A DNA stretch of 64,000 nucleotides, taken from assembly GCA_017509785.1 (NCBI GenBank), contig JAFWOT010000012.1, positions 69,476-133,475 on the forward strand, given 5' to 3'. Shown piece after piece: positions 42,238 through 51,698 of this stretch (position 1 is the first letter of the stretch; each line of letters starts with the position of its first letter). The notes under the pieces were generated by a model. That model was not told the origin of the DNA and did no database searches. It saw nothing but the letters and a program-made list of their open reading frames with translations. Origin of the DNA: Clostridia bacterium. GTDB lineage: Bacteria; Bacillota; Clostridia; Christensenellales; CAG-138. The position numbers were made by a program, and so were the translations under genes.

Positions 42238-42945
42238 ATGATGAAATATACAAAACCGTTGTTGATTTTAATGCTTCTTGCCGTCATGCTTCTTCTCGTC
42301 GGATGCGGCGAAACGACCGAACAGCCCGACGTTGTCGGCGTCAATGATACGGGCGAGCCCCTTGTGACCGCCGCGCCGACCGCCGTTTCGACTCCGACGC
42401 CCGTTCCCACGGATACTCCCGAGCCCACGCCGCCCGGGGATCCCGATCCGGACCATCCTTATTACCTCTACGTCGAGAAGGGCTCTCATACGCTGACCAT
42501 CTACGGCAAGGACGATAATTACAATTATACCGTCGTCGTCGGCGTTTACAAGGTTGCTCACGGCGGGAACAGGACTCCGACGGGCATATTTACCCTTTCG
42601 GGAGATCGCGAGCGCTGGCATGATTTCCCCCTCGGCGGGAGCGCCCAGTACGCGACCCCGTATTGGGGGAACCTGTTCGTTCATTCGCCGATGTACGGCG
42701 CGCAGGATCCCTCGAGGATCTGGCCCAGCTATTACAGCGGGGACAAGGGCATCGGCACGGACAGCACCGGCGGTTGCCTCCGCATGGTGACGGAGGCCGC
42801 CAAATTCATCTACAACAATTGCCCGGAGGGGACGAAGCTCGAGATAGTCAACGGCTCCCCGCGCGGAACGACGAGCGCGGACGTGCCTCCCATCCAGAAG
42901 AAGGGTTACGACCCGACGGATGTTGACGCTTTGAACGGAGATTGA
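42238..42945 (+). CDS. L,D-transpeptidase (YkuD domain) lipoprotein
   Basis: Signal peptide plus lipobox LLLVGCG. Pro/Thr linker. HSPMYG...DSTGGCLRM is the YkuD His/Cys active site. Confidence 0.88.
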   Translation: MMKYTKPLLILMLLAVMLLLVGCGETTEQPDVVGVNDTGEPLVTAAPTAVSTPTPVPTDTPEPTPPGDPDPDHPYYLYVEKGSHTLTIYGKDDNYNYTVVVGVYKVAHGGNRTPTGIFTLSGDRERWHDFPLGGSAQYATPYWGNLFVHSPMYGAQDPSRIWPSYYSGDKGIGTDSTGGCLRMVTEAAKFIYNNCPEGTKLEIVNGSPRGTTSADVPPIQKKGYDPTDVDALNGD

Positions 42946-42947
42946 TA

Positions 42948-44045
42948 ATGAAAAGAACGATCGCGATACTGCTTCTTGTGCTGATGCTCACGGCCGCGGG
43001 TTGCGTTTTTGCCCCCGATAAGCAGACCGATTCGGGCACTCCGGAGCCTTCCGCTCCCGCGGAGGAGACTTCCGCTCCCACGCCGAGCCCGGCTCCGACC
43101 GCCGTGCCGACGGAGGCGCCGACTCCTGTTCCCACGGCTGAGCCCAGCGCGACCCCTCTTGTAACGGCGCAGTATAAATGCCGCGTGAACGACCTCAACC
43201 TGAGGAGCGCTCCGGACATAAACAGCAGCGTCATCGCGCAGATCCATTACGAGGACAGGATAAGCGTCATCGGCCCGGAGAACGATCAGTTCCTGAAGGC
43301 CATTTACGATGGGCAGATCTGTTACTGCTACACGAATTATCTCGTCCCCGCGAACGAGGAGCTCTACGGCTATCTGCCGCCGATGTATGAGTACGCGAAG
43401 GACGCTCAGGGCAACATCATCTATGAGGATGACGGGGTGACCCCGGTGACGCTCACCTCCGAGCTCATAGACGTCAGGCTGCTCATACCGGATATCGAGG
43501 TCTATCAGATATTCGGGACTGACAAGAATTTTACCGGAAAGGTCCTCTACGAAAGGCCCGTCCCGGTGCTGCAGGTCCCCACTGCGAGGAAGCTTGCCGA
43601 AGCCGCGAAGCGTTTCCGCAGGGACGGCTACACGCTGAAGCTTTACGACAGCTACCGTCCAAAGTCCGTGCAGTTCATACTCTACGACATCGTTCAGAAT
43701 TCGGCCTACATCGCCAACCCCTACAACAGCGCCTCGAACCATAACAGGGCGGCCGCGGTGGATATAACCCTCATCGGTCCGGACGGTAAGGAGCTCGAAT
43801 TCCCGACTCCGATGCATACCTTCACGAAGAGGGTATACCGCACGAGCCGCGATGAATGGACCCCCGAGCAGCAGAGGAACGTCGATTACATGACGAACGT
43901 GATGCTCGAGAGCGGATTCAAGCTCATCAACACCGAGTGGTGGCATTTCTCGGACGTTGATTACCCCTCCTTCATAGTTATGGATATCAACATGAAGGAC
44001 ATACCCAGATATACGGCAAGCCAGCTCGGCTTCGATACACCGTAA
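42948..44045 (+). CDS. M15-family D-alanyl-D-alanine dipeptidase (VanX/DdpX-like) lipoprotein with an SH3b domain
   Basis: Lipobox LTAAGC. Pro/Thr linker. SH3b-like CRVNDLNLRSAPDINSSVIAQI. SNHNRAAAVDITL and EWWHF match the VanX SxHxxGxAxD / ExxH motifs. Confidence 0.85.
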   Translation: MKRTIAILLLVLMLTAAGCVFAPDKQTDSGTPEPSAPAEETSAPTPSPAPTAVPTEAPTPVPTAEPSATPLVTAQYKCRVNDLNLRSAPDINSSVIAQIHYEDRISVIGPENDQFLKAIYDGQICYCYTNYLVPANEELYGYLPPMYEYAKDAQGNIIYEDDGVTPVTLTSELIDVRLLIPDIEVYQIFGTDKNFTGKVLYERPVPVLQVPTARKLAEAAKRFRRDGYTLKLYDSYRPKSVQFILYDIVQNSAYIANPYNSASNHNRAAAVDITLIGPDGKELEFPTPMHTFTKRVYRTSRDEWTPEQQRNVDYMTNVMLESGFKLINTEWWHFSDVDYPSFIVMDINMKDIPRYTASQLGFDTP

Positions 44046-44071
44046 ACGAATCACTAACGGAGGAAAATAAA

Positions 44072-44695
44072 ATGAAACAAGTCAAGAAGATCTTCGCGCT
44101 GACGCTCGCGGCGCTCATGGTACTGCTGCTCGCGGCCTGCACCTCAAAGGTCGATCCCGAAAGCGGCAAGACTCCCGATCCCGCCGTGAACACCGAAACA
44201 GCCGAAAATACCGATCCCGCCGAGACCGAAAAGACCGGCGAGGATATGACCGGCAAGCCCTTCTCGAACGATTTCGACATGGCCGTCGTCATCGACGGGA
44301 AGACCTACCCCGTCCGCGTCGACAGCGCGGAGGTGCTCTCCGCTCTCGGGACCGACTGCGAGGAGGATCAGACCATCAGCTGCGTTTACGACGGCTATGA
44401 CAAGACCTTCACCTACGAAGGCATCACCGTCAGCACCGTTCCCGTTGACGGGAAGGACGTCATCGAGATGTTCACCATAACCGGTCCCGCCTACTCCACC
44501 ACGAGGAACATAACCGTCGGCGCGTCCCGTGAAGAGGTCATCGCCGCCTACGGTGAGAAATATTTTGACGACGGGTATCTGACCTATACCGAATCCGGCA
44601 CGGACGCAGACATCTCCGAGATGAGGATCCAGTTCGAGTTCGAGGGCGATACCGTTTCCAACATCTTCATCTATTCTCCCAGCTATTCCAACTGA
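44072..44695 (+). CDS. Lipoprotein of unknown function
   Basis: Signal peptide plus lipobox LLLAAC. Acidic low-complexity linker. RBS GGAGGA. Confidence 0.75.
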   Translation: MKQVKKIFALTLAALMVLLLAACTSKVDPESGKTPDPAVNTETAENTDPAETEKTGEDMTGKPFSNDFDMAVVIDGKTYPVRVDSAEVLSALGTDCEEDQTISCVYDGYDKTFTYEGITVSTVPVDGKDVIEMFTITGPAYSTTRNITVGASREEVIAAYGEKYFDDGYLTYTESGTDADISEMRIQFEFEGDTVSNIFIYSPSYSN

Positions 44696-44710
44696 TGAGG
44701 AGCAACGCTC

Positions 44711-46111
44711 TTGGAATTCGCTTCAGCTAATTTTTTGTTCATATTCCTGCCGGTCGTGTTCCTTCTGCACCTCGTTCTTCCGTGGACGAAGGTACGCAAC
44801 TGGCTGCTGATATTGGCAAGCATCGTTTTCTACGCATGGGGGAACGTGTATTACGTTCCCCTCATGTGCCTGTCGGCGCTTGTCAATTATCTTTTTGCGC
44901 TCATGGCGGCAAAGGGGGAGGGGCGCAAAAAACCCGCGCTCATACTTGCCGCGGTATTCAATATCGGTCTGCTCGCCGTATTCAAATACGCGGCGTTCGC
45001 CGTTGAGACCGTAAACGGAGTTTTCGGAGCGGCGCTGCCCGTGCCGGAGATATTGAGCCCGCTCGGCATCAGCTTCTTCACGTTCCAGGCTCTGAGTTAC
45101 GTCATAGACTCCTATCGCGGCGATATAAAGCCCACGAGGAATTTCGGGCATTTCCTGCTCTATATCTCGTTCTTCGCGCAGCTCGTCCAGGGGCCGATAA
45201 TCCGCTGGTCGACTATCGAACGGCAGTTCACGGAAAGAAAGCTGACTCTCGAGGGCGCGGCGGAGGGTCTGCGCCACTTCATAATCGGTCTTGCGATGAA
45301 GCTCATAGTCGCCAATACGATGGGCAGGGTCACCGCTTTCGTGTTCGGCATAGAGGCCTCGGGCCTCAACGCGGCCTACGCGTGGGCGGGGGCGATCTGC
45401 TTCCTGATGCAGATATACTTCGATTTCGCGGGCTATTCCCGCATGGCGGTGGGGCTCGGGCTCATGTTTGGCTTCACCATCCCCGAAAACTTCGACCATC
45501 CCTATATCGCGTACAGCATGACGGATTTCTGGCGCAGGTGGCATATAACGCTCTCGCGCTGGTTCCGCGATTACGTCTATATCCCTCTCGGCGGCAACCG
45601 CAGGGGCGCCTTCAGGACGGGCGTCAACAAGATAATCGTTTTCCTTCTGACGGGGCTCTGGCACGGCGCCAACTGGACGTTCGTTGTCTGGGGAGCCTAT
45701 AACGGGCTGTTCCTCCTCGGTGAAAACTACGTGAAGAAAACGAAGTTCCGCCTGCCGAAGCCGGTAACGTGGGTCTATACCATCATCGCGGTCACCGTCG
45801 GGTTCGTGATATTCAACTCGCCCAACATGGCATATGCCTGGGCGATGATAAGAAACATGTTCTCGGGCTTTGATATTGCCCCGGAAACCGTTGCCGCGCT
45901 TTCCGCCGTATTCAAGCCCACCGTTCTCGCCGTGCTCGCGGTATCCTTCGTCGCGGCGACCCCGGCCGCCTCGCTCGTCGATTCCCGCCTTGCGGGCAGG
46001 CCGAAGCTCCGTGCGGCGCTCCGTTATTCGGCGGCGCTCGTGCTGTTCGTGCTCTGCGTGTTCTTCATAGCTTCGGGCAACTACAACCCCTCGATCTATA
46101 CCAAATTCTAA
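44711..46111 (+). CDS. MBOAT-family membrane O-acyltransferase (AlgI/DltB/PatA-like)
   Basis: TTG start 8 nt after GAGGAG. Multi-TM protein. RRWHITLSRWFRDYVYIPLGGNR...LLTGLWHGANW is the MBOAT His block. Confidence 0.9.
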   Translation: MEFASANFLFIFLPVVFLLHLVLPWTKVRNWLLILASIVFYAWGNVYYVPLMCLSALVNYLFALMAAKGEGRKKPALILAAVFNIGLLAVFKYAAFAVETVNGVFGAALPVPEILSPLGISFFTFQALSYVIDSYRGDIKPTRNFGHFLLYISFFAQLVQGPIIRWSTIERQFTERKLTLEGAAEGLRHFIIGLAMKLIVANTMGRVTAFVFGIEASGLNAAYAWAGAICFLMQIYFDFAGYSRMAVGLGLMFGFTIPENFDHPYIAYSMTDFWRRWHITLSRWFRDYVYIPLGGNRRGAFRTGVNKIIVFLLTGLWHGANWTFVVWGAYNGLFLLGENYVKKTKFRLPKPVTWVYTIIAVTVGFVIFNSPNMAYAWAMIRNMFSGFDIAPETVAALSAVFKPTVLAVLAVSFVAATPAASLVDSRLAGRPKLRAALRYSAALVLFVLCVFFIASGNYNPSIYTKF

Positions 46112-46121
46112 GGAGGCGGCC

Positions 46122-47189
46122 GTGAAAACACTTCGTTTGATATTTGTTGTTATTGTTATCGCCGCCTGCCTCGTGCCCTCGGTGCTGATGTTCTGCGGCT
46201 ATAAAAACGCCAACCGCGAAAACCGCCCTTTGGCGCAGATGCCGAAGCTCTTCACGGACGGCTCCTTCAACGAGGAGTTTACAAGCCGGCTTGACGATTA
46301 CGTTGAGGATCGATTCGCCCTCCGTGAGTACCTCGTCACAGCCTTCAATGCGGCGGACGTCGCCCTGCTTTCCGATTTCAACGGCACGAACGCAGTCATC
46401 GGAAAGAAAAACCACATTTTCTACGCCGAAACGACGGACGATCACCTCGGCATAAATCAGCTCACTCCCGGGCAGATAGACTCGATCGTGAACTTCCTTG
46501 CCGATATAATGGCGGAGGTAAGATCGCGCGGCGGCAAATTCGCGTTCATGACCGCGCCGAACAAGGCGAGCATTTACCCCGAGTATATGCCCTCCCGCCT
46601 GTACGTGACGGACGCCCCGCGCAATATCGATATGCTGACCGCGGCCCTGAAGGAGCGAGGCATTCCCGTGATCGACGCGAAGGCCATACTCCTTGAAGCC
46701 AAGGAGGAACGTACCGTCTACTACGAGCACGATTCCCATTGGAACAATTTCGGCGCGATGCTCGTTTACAACAGCATAGCGGAGGAGTTCGGCCTTCGCC
46801 GATACGATCCGCGGGACTATACCGTCGAGTATGACCGCACGGGCGATCTGCACAACTTCGTCTACCCTTCGACCGAATACCCCGAGGAGCGCATCATCTA
46901 TCCTCTTCCCGATTCATATAAGTCGAAGAGGCCCATAAACTTTGATAGGGATAAGGAGATCGAGACGACCTCGGAGGAGAACGAGCTGACTCTGCTCGTC
47001 TACCATGATTCGTTCGGGAGATCCCTGCAGCCCATACTGAGCACCGCCGTCGGCAGGCTCAGCATGAACAGCTACTTCCCCTATAAGCTCGATTACATCG
47101 AAGAGCTGGAGCCCGATCTCGTGCTGATTGAGCTCGTTGAACGGAACCTCGACATGCTCTATGAACACGCCGCTTCGCTCGGCTACTGA
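46122..47189 (+). CDS. AlgJ/AlgX/DHHW-type SGNH-like acyltransferase partner protein (membrane-anchored)
   Basis: GTG start after AGGAGG. N-terminal TM anchor. YYEHDSHWNNFGA is the D-x-H-W motif. It sits immediately downstream of the MBOAT gene. Confidence 0.8.
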   Translation: MKTLRLIFVVIVIAACLVPSVLMFCGYKNANRENRPLAQMPKLFTDGSFNEEFTSRLDDYVEDRFALREYLVTAFNAADVALLSDFNGTNAVIGKKNHIFYAETTDDHLGINQLTPGQIDSIVNFLADIMAEVRSRGGKFAFMTAPNKASIYPEYMPSRLYVTDAPRNIDMLTAALKERGIPVIDAKAILLEAKEERTVYYEHDSHWNNFGAMLVYNSIAEEFGLRRYDPRDYTVEYDRTGDLHNFVYPSTEYPEERIIYPLPDSYKSKRPINFDRDKEIETTSEENELTLLVYHDSFGRSLQPILSTAVGRLSMNSYFPYKLDYIEELEPDLVLIELVERNLDMLYEHAASLGY

Positions 47190-47203
47190 TCGTTCGGAGG
47201 TAT

Positions 47204-49024
47204 ATGAAAGGTTTTCTCTGCGTACTTCTCGCGGCGCTTTTAAGCTTCTCATTCACGAACTGCACCCTTTTCGGAAGGAGCTGTCAAAACGGCGTTCCCG
47301 ACCAAACGGAGGCGGATACCCCCGCGCCGACCGAGGCCGCCGTTCCGACCGCCGTTCCGGGCGATAAAGACGCCTCGGAAGCTCTCGCGCGGCTCGACAT
47401 GGATCTCTTCCGCGAGCTCGTCACGACGAGCGGCGATTCATACAATCAGCTCATTGCAGGCGATCCCGGCAGATTCGGCATCGATCCCGATGACGTTGAG
47501 CGCGGTTGGGGAAGCATTGGTTATGATGCGCACGTCTCCTCGATGGCGTTCTCGCGCCGCGTGCTCGGGCTGCTCTCCGATATCGACCGGGACGCGCTCG
47601 CGTTCCCCGAAAGAGCGGCGTATGACTCGCTGAAAAGGACCTTCGAAGTACAGCTTCAGTATGAGGATTACTATTATTATGACGAGCCGCTCACCCCGCT
47701 GAACGGGTATCACACGACTCTGCCCCTCGGGATGGTCTGCTTCAACGTAAGGGAATTGGCGGACGTGGAGGCGTATCTCTGTCTGATAGAGGATATGCCG
47801 CGCCTGCTCGGCGAGATCGCCGAATTCGAGGAAGGCAAGGCCGAGCACGGGCTGTTCATGTGTGAAAAGGCGCTCGATCAGGTAACGGCCTCCTGCAGAG
47901 CCTTTGCCGAAAAGGGGGAGGATTGCTTCCTCATCCCGTATTTCGAGACCGTATTGGAAAAGGCGATGGCTCTCGGCGCGTCGGGATCGCAGTGCGAGGG
48001 ATTCAGGCAGAGGAACCGCGATCTCGTTTTGAACGGGCTTCTGCCTGCGTACGAGCGGCTTGCCGATACTCTCGAAGCGCACCGGGCGGATTGTACGGCT
48101 TTTGTCGGCGCATCCGAAAGGAGCGCGGAAGCGAAGGCCTATTTTGAATTGAAGGCGCGCGACGAGGGCGCGACTATGGACGATATGGATACCGTCCTGG
48201 AGCTCGTTGAAAACATGGGCAACGCCGTGTTTTCCGATCTCTGCTTTGCGCTCGTATACGGCGGCGACGATATCACCGAAAAATACTCCGCGGGAGAGGA
48301 GATCGGCTTCGGCTCCATAGAGGAGAATCTCGAATGGCTGAAGGGTTTTGCGGAGGAATACTACCCCCCGATGCCGGAGTATTCCCTCAAATACATCGAC
48401 GTTCCCGAGGATATCGCCGATGATTTCAGCCCCGCGGCGTATCTCATCCCCGCCTTTGATGATTTCCATGACAACCTCATGCTCATAAACAGGGCGGACG
48501 AGGGCTCTGACGATCTCTTAACCATAGCGCATGAATCCATCCCCGGGCACATGTACCAGTACCTCAATACAAGGAACAACGGCGGGTTCTCCCTCTCGCA
48601 GCAGGTGCTGGAACCCACCGGCTATGCCGAGGGCTGGACCGTTTTTACGGAGGATTTCACGGCGAAGCACTGTTCCGAGATCGGGCGCGAATACTGCACC
48701 GCCGTCTGTTCCGAGAGCATATTCTTCAACGTGTTCGTTCCCGCATACGTCAGCATCCGCGTCAACCGTGAAGGATGGTCGTTCGAGGACGTGGAGGAGT
48801 TCCTCTCCGAATACGGAGCGGAGGACGCTGCGGATATCTTCTATGAGTACGCCGTCACAATGCCCTTCTATTCGATGAGCTATGCGATCGGTTATTCGTA
48901 CTTTTACGACATATTCCGGACGGCCGATCCTTCGGAGCCCGAGGAATGCAGAGCGTTTTTCGAAAGGTATCTGAGCTTCGGCCCCACATGGATGGATCTG
49001 ATGAGGGAGTACATGGGATCGTAA
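47204..49024 (+). CDS. DUF885-family secreted protein or lipoprotein (metallopeptidase-like HExxxH-type motif)
   Basis: N-terminal signal sequence. HESIPGHMYQ motif typical of DUF885 (from memory). Confidence 0.8.
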   Translation: MKGFLCVLLAALLSFSFTNCTLFGRSCQNGVPDQTEADTPAPTEAAVPTAVPGDKDASEALARLDMDLFRELVTTSGDSYNQLIAGDPGRFGIDPDDVERGWGSIGYDAHVSSMAFSRRVLGLLSDIDRDALAFPERAAYDSLKRTFEVQLQYEDYYYYDEPLTPLNGYHTTLPLGMVCFNVRELADVEAYLCLIEDMPRLLGEIAEFEEGKAEHGLFMCEKALDQVTASCRAFAEKGEDCFLIPYFETVLEKAMALGASGSQCEGFRQRNRDLVLNGLLPAYERLADTLEAHRADCTAFVGASERSAEAKAYFELKARDEGATMDDMDTVLELVENMGNAVFSDLCFALVYGGDDITEKYSAGEEIGFGSIEENLEWLKGFAEEYYPPMPEYSLKYIDVPEDIADDFSPAAYLIPAFDDFHDNLMLINRADEGSDDLLTIAHESIPGHMYQYLNTRNNGGFSLSQQVLEPTGYAEGWTVFTEDFTAKHCSEIGREYCTAVCSESIFFNVFVPAYVSIRVNREGWSFEDVEEFLSEYGAEDAADIFYEYAVTMPFYSMSYAIGYSYFYDIFRTADPSEPEECRAFFERYLSFGPTWMDLMREYMGS

Positions 49025-50325
49025 TGAAAGCAGTGGGCTTTTGCGGGAGCGCTTCGGAGGAATGCGCTCCCATTCGTGATTTTGTGCAGAAAAGAAACGC
49101 GGAGCTTATCGGCGTCATTGAAACGGATGGCGTGCCTTACCGCGCGTTCCGTTCGCTGCAGAGCGTGATAAAGCTGCAAAGGGCGCAGGTCGTCGTCACG
49201 CCCTCCTTCGGGGAGCTTGCGCCGGACAGGTATCTCTGCCTTGAAATGAAGCTGTTCATCGAAAGGAACGGGGCGAAGCTCGTCACTCTCGACGGCTCGG
49301 GGCCCGACCCGCGCAGGGAGATAGCCTGCGCCGTATCGAGGTTCTTTTCCCTGCCTGAGATATGGGAGGTCGCGCAGGGAACAAAGCTCCCGCGATATGA
49401 GAGGAGCGCGGATTTTAAACGCGTGCCGCCGTTCGGTTACCGAATGAACAGCGGCGCCGCCATCCCCGAACCTCGCGAAGCGGAGGCGGTGAGGGCGGCC
49501 TTTGCGGCCTATGCCGAAGGGAGGCCGATCAAGGAGATAACGGAGCTCGTTCGATCGATCTGCCCGGATAGGCGCCCCACTCTCATGACGGTAAAGACCA
49601 TACTTCGCAACGAGCGTTACATCGGCGCGAGATCGAAGAAGGGCTACTCCCTTCCGCCGCTCATCGAATACGATCTCTGGCTTAAAGCGGGGGAGAGATA
49701 TGAGCGGGGACGGGAAGCCCCTCCTGCCGAGGAGCCTCTGCGGGGGCTCATCCGCGCGGACAGGTCCTTTCGCATCATCCGCGATGAATCGGCAAAGCGG
49801 TCTCACGGACGCACAACGGAGTATGCGATAGACGCCGAAGCCCTCGACCGGGCGGCTTCGGCCGCGATCAACGCCGTCTGGGGCACCGCTGCTTCACGCG
49901 GGGCGTTCGCGGACTTCTGCGAAGCCGAAGCCGAAAACGCGTCGAATGCTCTTCTAAAGGCGGAGAAGCTTCGTGATGAGACCCTGACGCGGTTTTCCGA
50001 TTCGCTCGGTGAATTGAGAAGCGGAGCGAAAAGCGAAGAGCTTTTCGAAAGGCTGGATGTTTTGGCCGATATGAAGAACGTGCTCGGAATGCAGGTAAGA
50101 AGAACGGCCGATGAAATGAAGCTTTACACCCTCCCGCGGGAGGAAACGGAGGAATTCTTCTCAAGGGCATACCGGTTCCCGGAGCTTTCCGCGGAGGAGC
50201 GCGGCTTCATGGCAAAAGCCCTCTTTGCCGGGATAAGGATCGTCGGAGGCAGCGCCGCCTTCAGGGTGAGGACCCCTTACGGCAGGGTGAGGCGCATCCC
50301 CGCGGAGGGGATACTGACGGAATGA
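49024..50325 (+). CDS. Large-serine-recombinase-like protein with a degenerate (apparently inactive) catalytic domain
   Basis: The start overlaps the DUF885 stop (TAATG). The N-terminus MKAVGFCGSASEE replaces MKAxIYxRVSTxxQ. The recombinase domain PPFGYRMNSG...EAEAVRAAFAAYAEGRPIKEI...TILRNERYIG is retained. No DRLxR motif and no Cys zinc ribbon. Confidence 0.7.
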   Translation: MKAVGFCGSASEECAPIRDFVQKRNAELIGVIETDGVPYRAFRSLQSVIKLQRAQVVVTPSFGELAPDRYLCLEMKLFIERNGAKLVTLDGSGPDPRREIACAVSRFFSLPEIWEVAQGTKLPRYERSADFKRVPPFGYRMNSGAAIPEPREAEAVRAAFAAYAEGRPIKEITELVRSICPDRRPTLMTVKTILRNERYIGARSKKGYSLPPLIEYDLWLKAGERYERGREAPPAEEPLRGLIRADRSFRIIRDESAKRSHGRTTEYAIDAEALDRAASAAINAVWGTAASRGAFADFCEAEAENASNALLKAEKLRDETLTRFSDSLGELRSGAKSEELFERLDVLADMKNVLGMQVRRTADEMKLYTLPREETEEFFSRAYRFPELSAEERGFMAKALFAGIRIVGGSAAFRVRTPYGRVRRIPAEGILTE

Positions 50326-50340
50326 ACTAAAACCAAAAAC

Positions 50341-50369
50341 AGCCCCGCGGAGTGAACTGCCGCGGGGCT
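50341..50369. terminator. Bidirectional intrinsic terminator between convergent genes
   Basis: AGCCCCGCGG (50341-50350), a 9-nt loop, CCGCGGGGCT (50360-50369). The T-run lies on the minus-strand side (rc of 50331-50340). Confidence 0.75.
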
Positions 50370-50378
50370 TTCGTGCTG

Positions 50379-51698
50379 TCAGTCTTCCTTCTTTTCCCAG
50401 TCGATGTCGTCCTCGTCCTCCTCGGGGGGCTTCTCGTGGACCTTTATGAGCAGCCTCGTGACGCGCAGGTTCTGGATCTGCTTTACCGTCACGGTGAGGT
50501 TCTCGAAGTCGAACGATTCGCCCTTCGCCGGGTAGCCGCCGAGCTGTTCTATCGCCCAGCCGCCGACCGTGGCGTTGTCGTCATCGAAATCGTCGTCGTC
50601 GATCTCGAACTCGTCGAGCAGGTCGTAGATGCGCATGTCACCGTCGCACTCGTAAGTATCGTCGGAGATCTTGACGAGCTCATCCTCGATCTCGTCCGTT
50701 TCGTCCCAAATATCGCCGACGAGCTGCTCCAGAATGTCCTCCATCGTGAGGAGGCCCATTGTCCCGCCGTATTCGTCGGTGACTATCGCAAGATGGAGCT
50801 TCCTCTCGCGCAGCTCGCGCAGAGCCTGGGGGAGTATGGTCGTCTTGTGCAGATAGCAAACGGGGAGCATGTGCTCGCGGATGTTGAGCTCTGTCCCGTC
50901 GGCGATGGCCTTCAGGACCTCGTTGAGGTGGATGACGCCGATTATGTTGTCGATGCTGTCCTCGTAAACGGGGATCCGCGAGAAGTTCGAGTTGAGTATG
51001 GTCTCGATTATCTCGTCCTGATCGTCGTCTATGTCGACCGCGACCATATCGACCCTCGGCGTGATTATCTCATATGCGTAAATATCCGGGAATTCCAACG
51101 CGGACTGGAGCAGATCGCTCGTATGCTCGTCGATGACGCCCTCCTCCTCGACGGTCTCGATTATGTCGGAGAGCTCCTCCTCGGTGACGTTCGAATCGTC
51201 CGTCACGTTCTTCTCCCAAAGGGAGGAGCAACGCTTGACTATCCAGGTCACGACCTTGACGAGCGGGTAGAAAACGAACCTCAGCACGCGCAGGAAAGGA
51301 GCCTGTTTTACGGCGTAGTGATCGGGGTTCCTGTTTGCGACGAGTTTCGGCGTGATCTCGCCGAATATGAGGATCAGCACAGTCATGACGGCTGTCGAGA
51401 TCACGGCGGCAAGGTTCTCGCTCATCACGTTCGTCTCGACGAGGAGCATTATAAACAGCTCCGTCGCTATCGTCGAAGAGGCGAGATTGACGAAATTGTT
51501 GCCGATGAGAATGGTGCTTAACAGATCGTCATATCGTGAATAATTGAGGAGCGCCGTACCGGCTCTGCGGTCGTTTTCCTCCTCGGCCATGTGGCGGAGG
51601 CGCTTCTCGTTAAGGGAGGAATACGCGATCTCCGAGCCCGAGAACACGGCTGAAAGCACTATCAGAACTATCAGGGCGCCTATGTATGCGAAGATCAT
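50379..51698 (-). CDS. CNNM/CorB-type hemolysin-family protein (DUF21 + CBS pair + CorC_HlyC)
   Basis: SAVFSGSEIAYSS (DUF21), a CBS pair, and a C-terminal GGWAIEQLGGYPAKGESF...LRVTRLLI (CorC_HlyC). Confidence 0.9.
   Translation of the reverse strand: MIFAYIGALIVLIVLSAVFSGSEIAYSSLNEKRLRHMAEEENDRRAGTALLNYSRYDDLLSTILIGNNFVNLASSTIATELFIMLLVETNVMSENLAAVISTAVMTVLILIFGEITPKLVANRNPDHYAVKQAPFLRVLRFVFYPLVKVVTWIVKRCSSLWEKNVTDDSNVTEEELSDIIETVEEEGVIDEHTSDLLQSALEFPDIYAYEIITPRVDMVAVDIDDDQDEIIETILNSNFSRIPVYEDSIDNIIGVIHLNEVLKAIADGTELNIREHMLPVCYLHKTTILPQALRELRERKLHLAIVTDEYGGTMGLLTMEDILEQLVGDIWDETDEIEDELVKISDDTYECDGDMRIYDLLDEFEIDDDDFDDDNATVGGWAIEQLGGYPAKGESFDFENLTVTVKQIQNLRVTRLLIKVHEKPPEEDEDDIDWEKKED

Noticed and set aside
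42340-43160. Apparent repeats in the Pro/Thr-rich regions of the Ldt and dipeptidase genes (possible tandem repeat or variable region)
   Set aside because: These are low-complexity linker-coding segments (CCG/ACG/CCC-rich) in two different genes. They are not exact DNA repeats and have no periodic unit that I could verify by eye.
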